A stretch of DNA of 54,754 bases, from positions 1-54,754 of the forward strand of contig DDBW01000010.1 in NCBI GenBank assembly GCA_002335495.1, written 5' to 3'. Below, one piece after another: positions 53,932 through 54,754 of this stretch; within the stretch, counting starts at the first letter, position 1, and every line of letters starts with the position of its first letter. The position numbers and the translations under genes were made by a program. The notes beneath the pieces are model-generated. The model was not told where the DNA came from and searched no databases. It saw nothing but the letters and a program-made list of their open reading frames with translations. The stretch is from Candidatus Dojkabacteria bacterium UBA2022. Its GTDB lineage: Bacteria > Patescibacteriota > Dojkabacteria > SC72.

Positions 53932-54672
53932 CTAAAAAACAGCCTCCAAAGATGGCTGTGGGAGTATATACGCCTGAAGAATCATTTTTTTTCTTTCATC
54001 CAATGATTTAGGAAGCGGATACTGATAGTTTGAACCTTGTATTGGTTTCAAACTCGAGGGATAGACTAGAATTACAGGAAAAATATCCCCGACACTTGTT
54101 CCGTCGCTATGCATATTTTGCATCATAGGCAACAATCCCGAGAAAGCGTAGCCAGAAACATGTGGCGGCAGTTCATTTAACATAAGGTTGGAATCGCTGA
54201 TCTGATCCGCAAGAAAAGGAGTATCCCTCTCAATTCCGAGTTCAAGTATTTGCCTTATATCAAGGACCTCAGCATTCGTATCTTTAAAGCTAAGCCTCAC
54301 CGGGTTATTGAGAGATGCCTTTACACCCCTTAGGAGAGCATGAGGATTATTTGCCTGAATAATATGAACTAAAGGATCGATAATCTGAACATACCTCAAT
54401 TTATTTATGACTTTTGTGAATGGATGAGTGATATTTGAGACGTCGGGCAAATAGGAGGTAATCCTAATATCAAATGACCGTAACCTTTCAATTTCGATTT
54501 GGGAAGGTACAATCAAGGGTAATGCTTCCCCTTCCCCATTCACTAAGGTATCGAACCGTTCTTTTGACGATTCAACAGAAAGAGGATATAGCTTAGGAGT
54601 ATGTGCAGAAAGCCCCTCACCATAATGAATACCTGGATTACCCATGGCATCGTTACCTAAAGAACTGAACAT
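53932..54672 (-). CDS. Hypothetical protein (246 aa)
   Basis: ORF only; no motif recognised. Confidence 0.5.
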   Translation of the reverse strand: MFSSLGNDAMGNPGIHYGEGLSAHTPKLYPLSVESSKERFDTLVNGEGEALPLIVPSQIEIERLRSFDIRITSYLPDVSNITHPFTKVINKLRYVQIIDPLVHIIQANNPHALLRGVKASLNNPVRLSFKDTNAEVLDIRQILELGIERDTPFLADQISDSNLMLNELPPHVSGYAFSGLLPMMQNMHSDGTSVGDIFPVILVYPSSLKPIQGSNYQYPLPKSLDERKKMILQAYILPQPSLEAVF

Positions 54673-54728
54673 AAAAAGATAATACTATTTCCAGATTAAA
54701 ATGACTAGAAAGATAAATGAAATGAAGT

Positions 54729-54754
54729 TGGCGGAGAGGGAGGGATTCGAACCC
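54729..54754 (-). tRNA. Partial tRNA (3' part only, cut by window end), possibly tRNA-Ser
   Basis: The reverse complement reads GGGTTCGAATCCCTC-CCTCTCC-G-CCA: T loop and stem, a 7-nt acceptor strand, discriminator G and encoded CCA. An acceptor of GGAGAGG with discriminator G is typical of Ser. Confidence 0.55.

Noticed and set aside
1-54754. Alternative genetic code (UGA reassigned, as in some candidate phyla)
   Set aside because: Well-supported genes end on TGA at positions consistent with homologue lengths and gene junctions, for example 463-465 and 9424-9426. Housekeeping ORFs are full length under code 11.
1-54754. CRISPR arrays, rRNA genes, IS elements with transposases
   Set aside because: No regularly spaced direct repeats, no rRNA signature strings and no transposase-like ORFs were seen. 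The only repeats found are those listed: the 15-bp and 9-bp inverted repeats and the four-copy motif at 20306-20589.

Overview
Low-GC bacterial contig fragment, roughly 35-40% G+C by spot counts. All calls come from motif recognition in the supplied translations and from reading the DNA; no searches were run. Compact gene packing, many extended or divergent housekeeping proteins, an archaeal-type AMP salvage pair, a sortase, an LCP-like protein and an orphan TraD/VirD4-like ATPase suggest a reduced CPR/Patescibacteria-type genome (inference). The window has three parts. (1) A left accessory arm (1-20.6 kb) starts with an Illumina adapter remnant and a truncated AbiEii-type toxin gene. It also holds a half-size MFS protein, a VanY peptidase, two HExxH membrane proteins, a divergent GT2 synthase and GH26-like hydrolase pair, two GC-rich single-gene inserts, and a 10-kb operon. 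That operon encodes two small acidic proteins, a 1755-aa coiled-coil/TM-hairpin/EF-hand giant, an atypical Ser/Thr kinase and a PP2C-like phosphatase, and it runs into a tyrosine recombinase and a 457-bp AT-rich repeat-bearing spacer. (2) A core block (20.6-51.2 kb) carries yebC-ruvCAB, dnaB, tRNA-Leu(CAA), rluD, rpmE-prfA-prmC, htrA, ctpA, rpsF-ssb-rpsR, ychF, AMP phosphorylase, ribose-1,5-bisphosphate isomerase, a beta-CASP RNase and cca. (3) A right arm (51.2-54.7 kb) holds unknown membrane or secreted proteins, including an HExxH lipoprotein and a papain-like protein, and ends in a partial tRNA. The best candidate for a novel system is the giant-protein/kinase/phosphatase operon at 8539-18664. 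The two inverted-repeat-flanked GC-rich cassettes come second.
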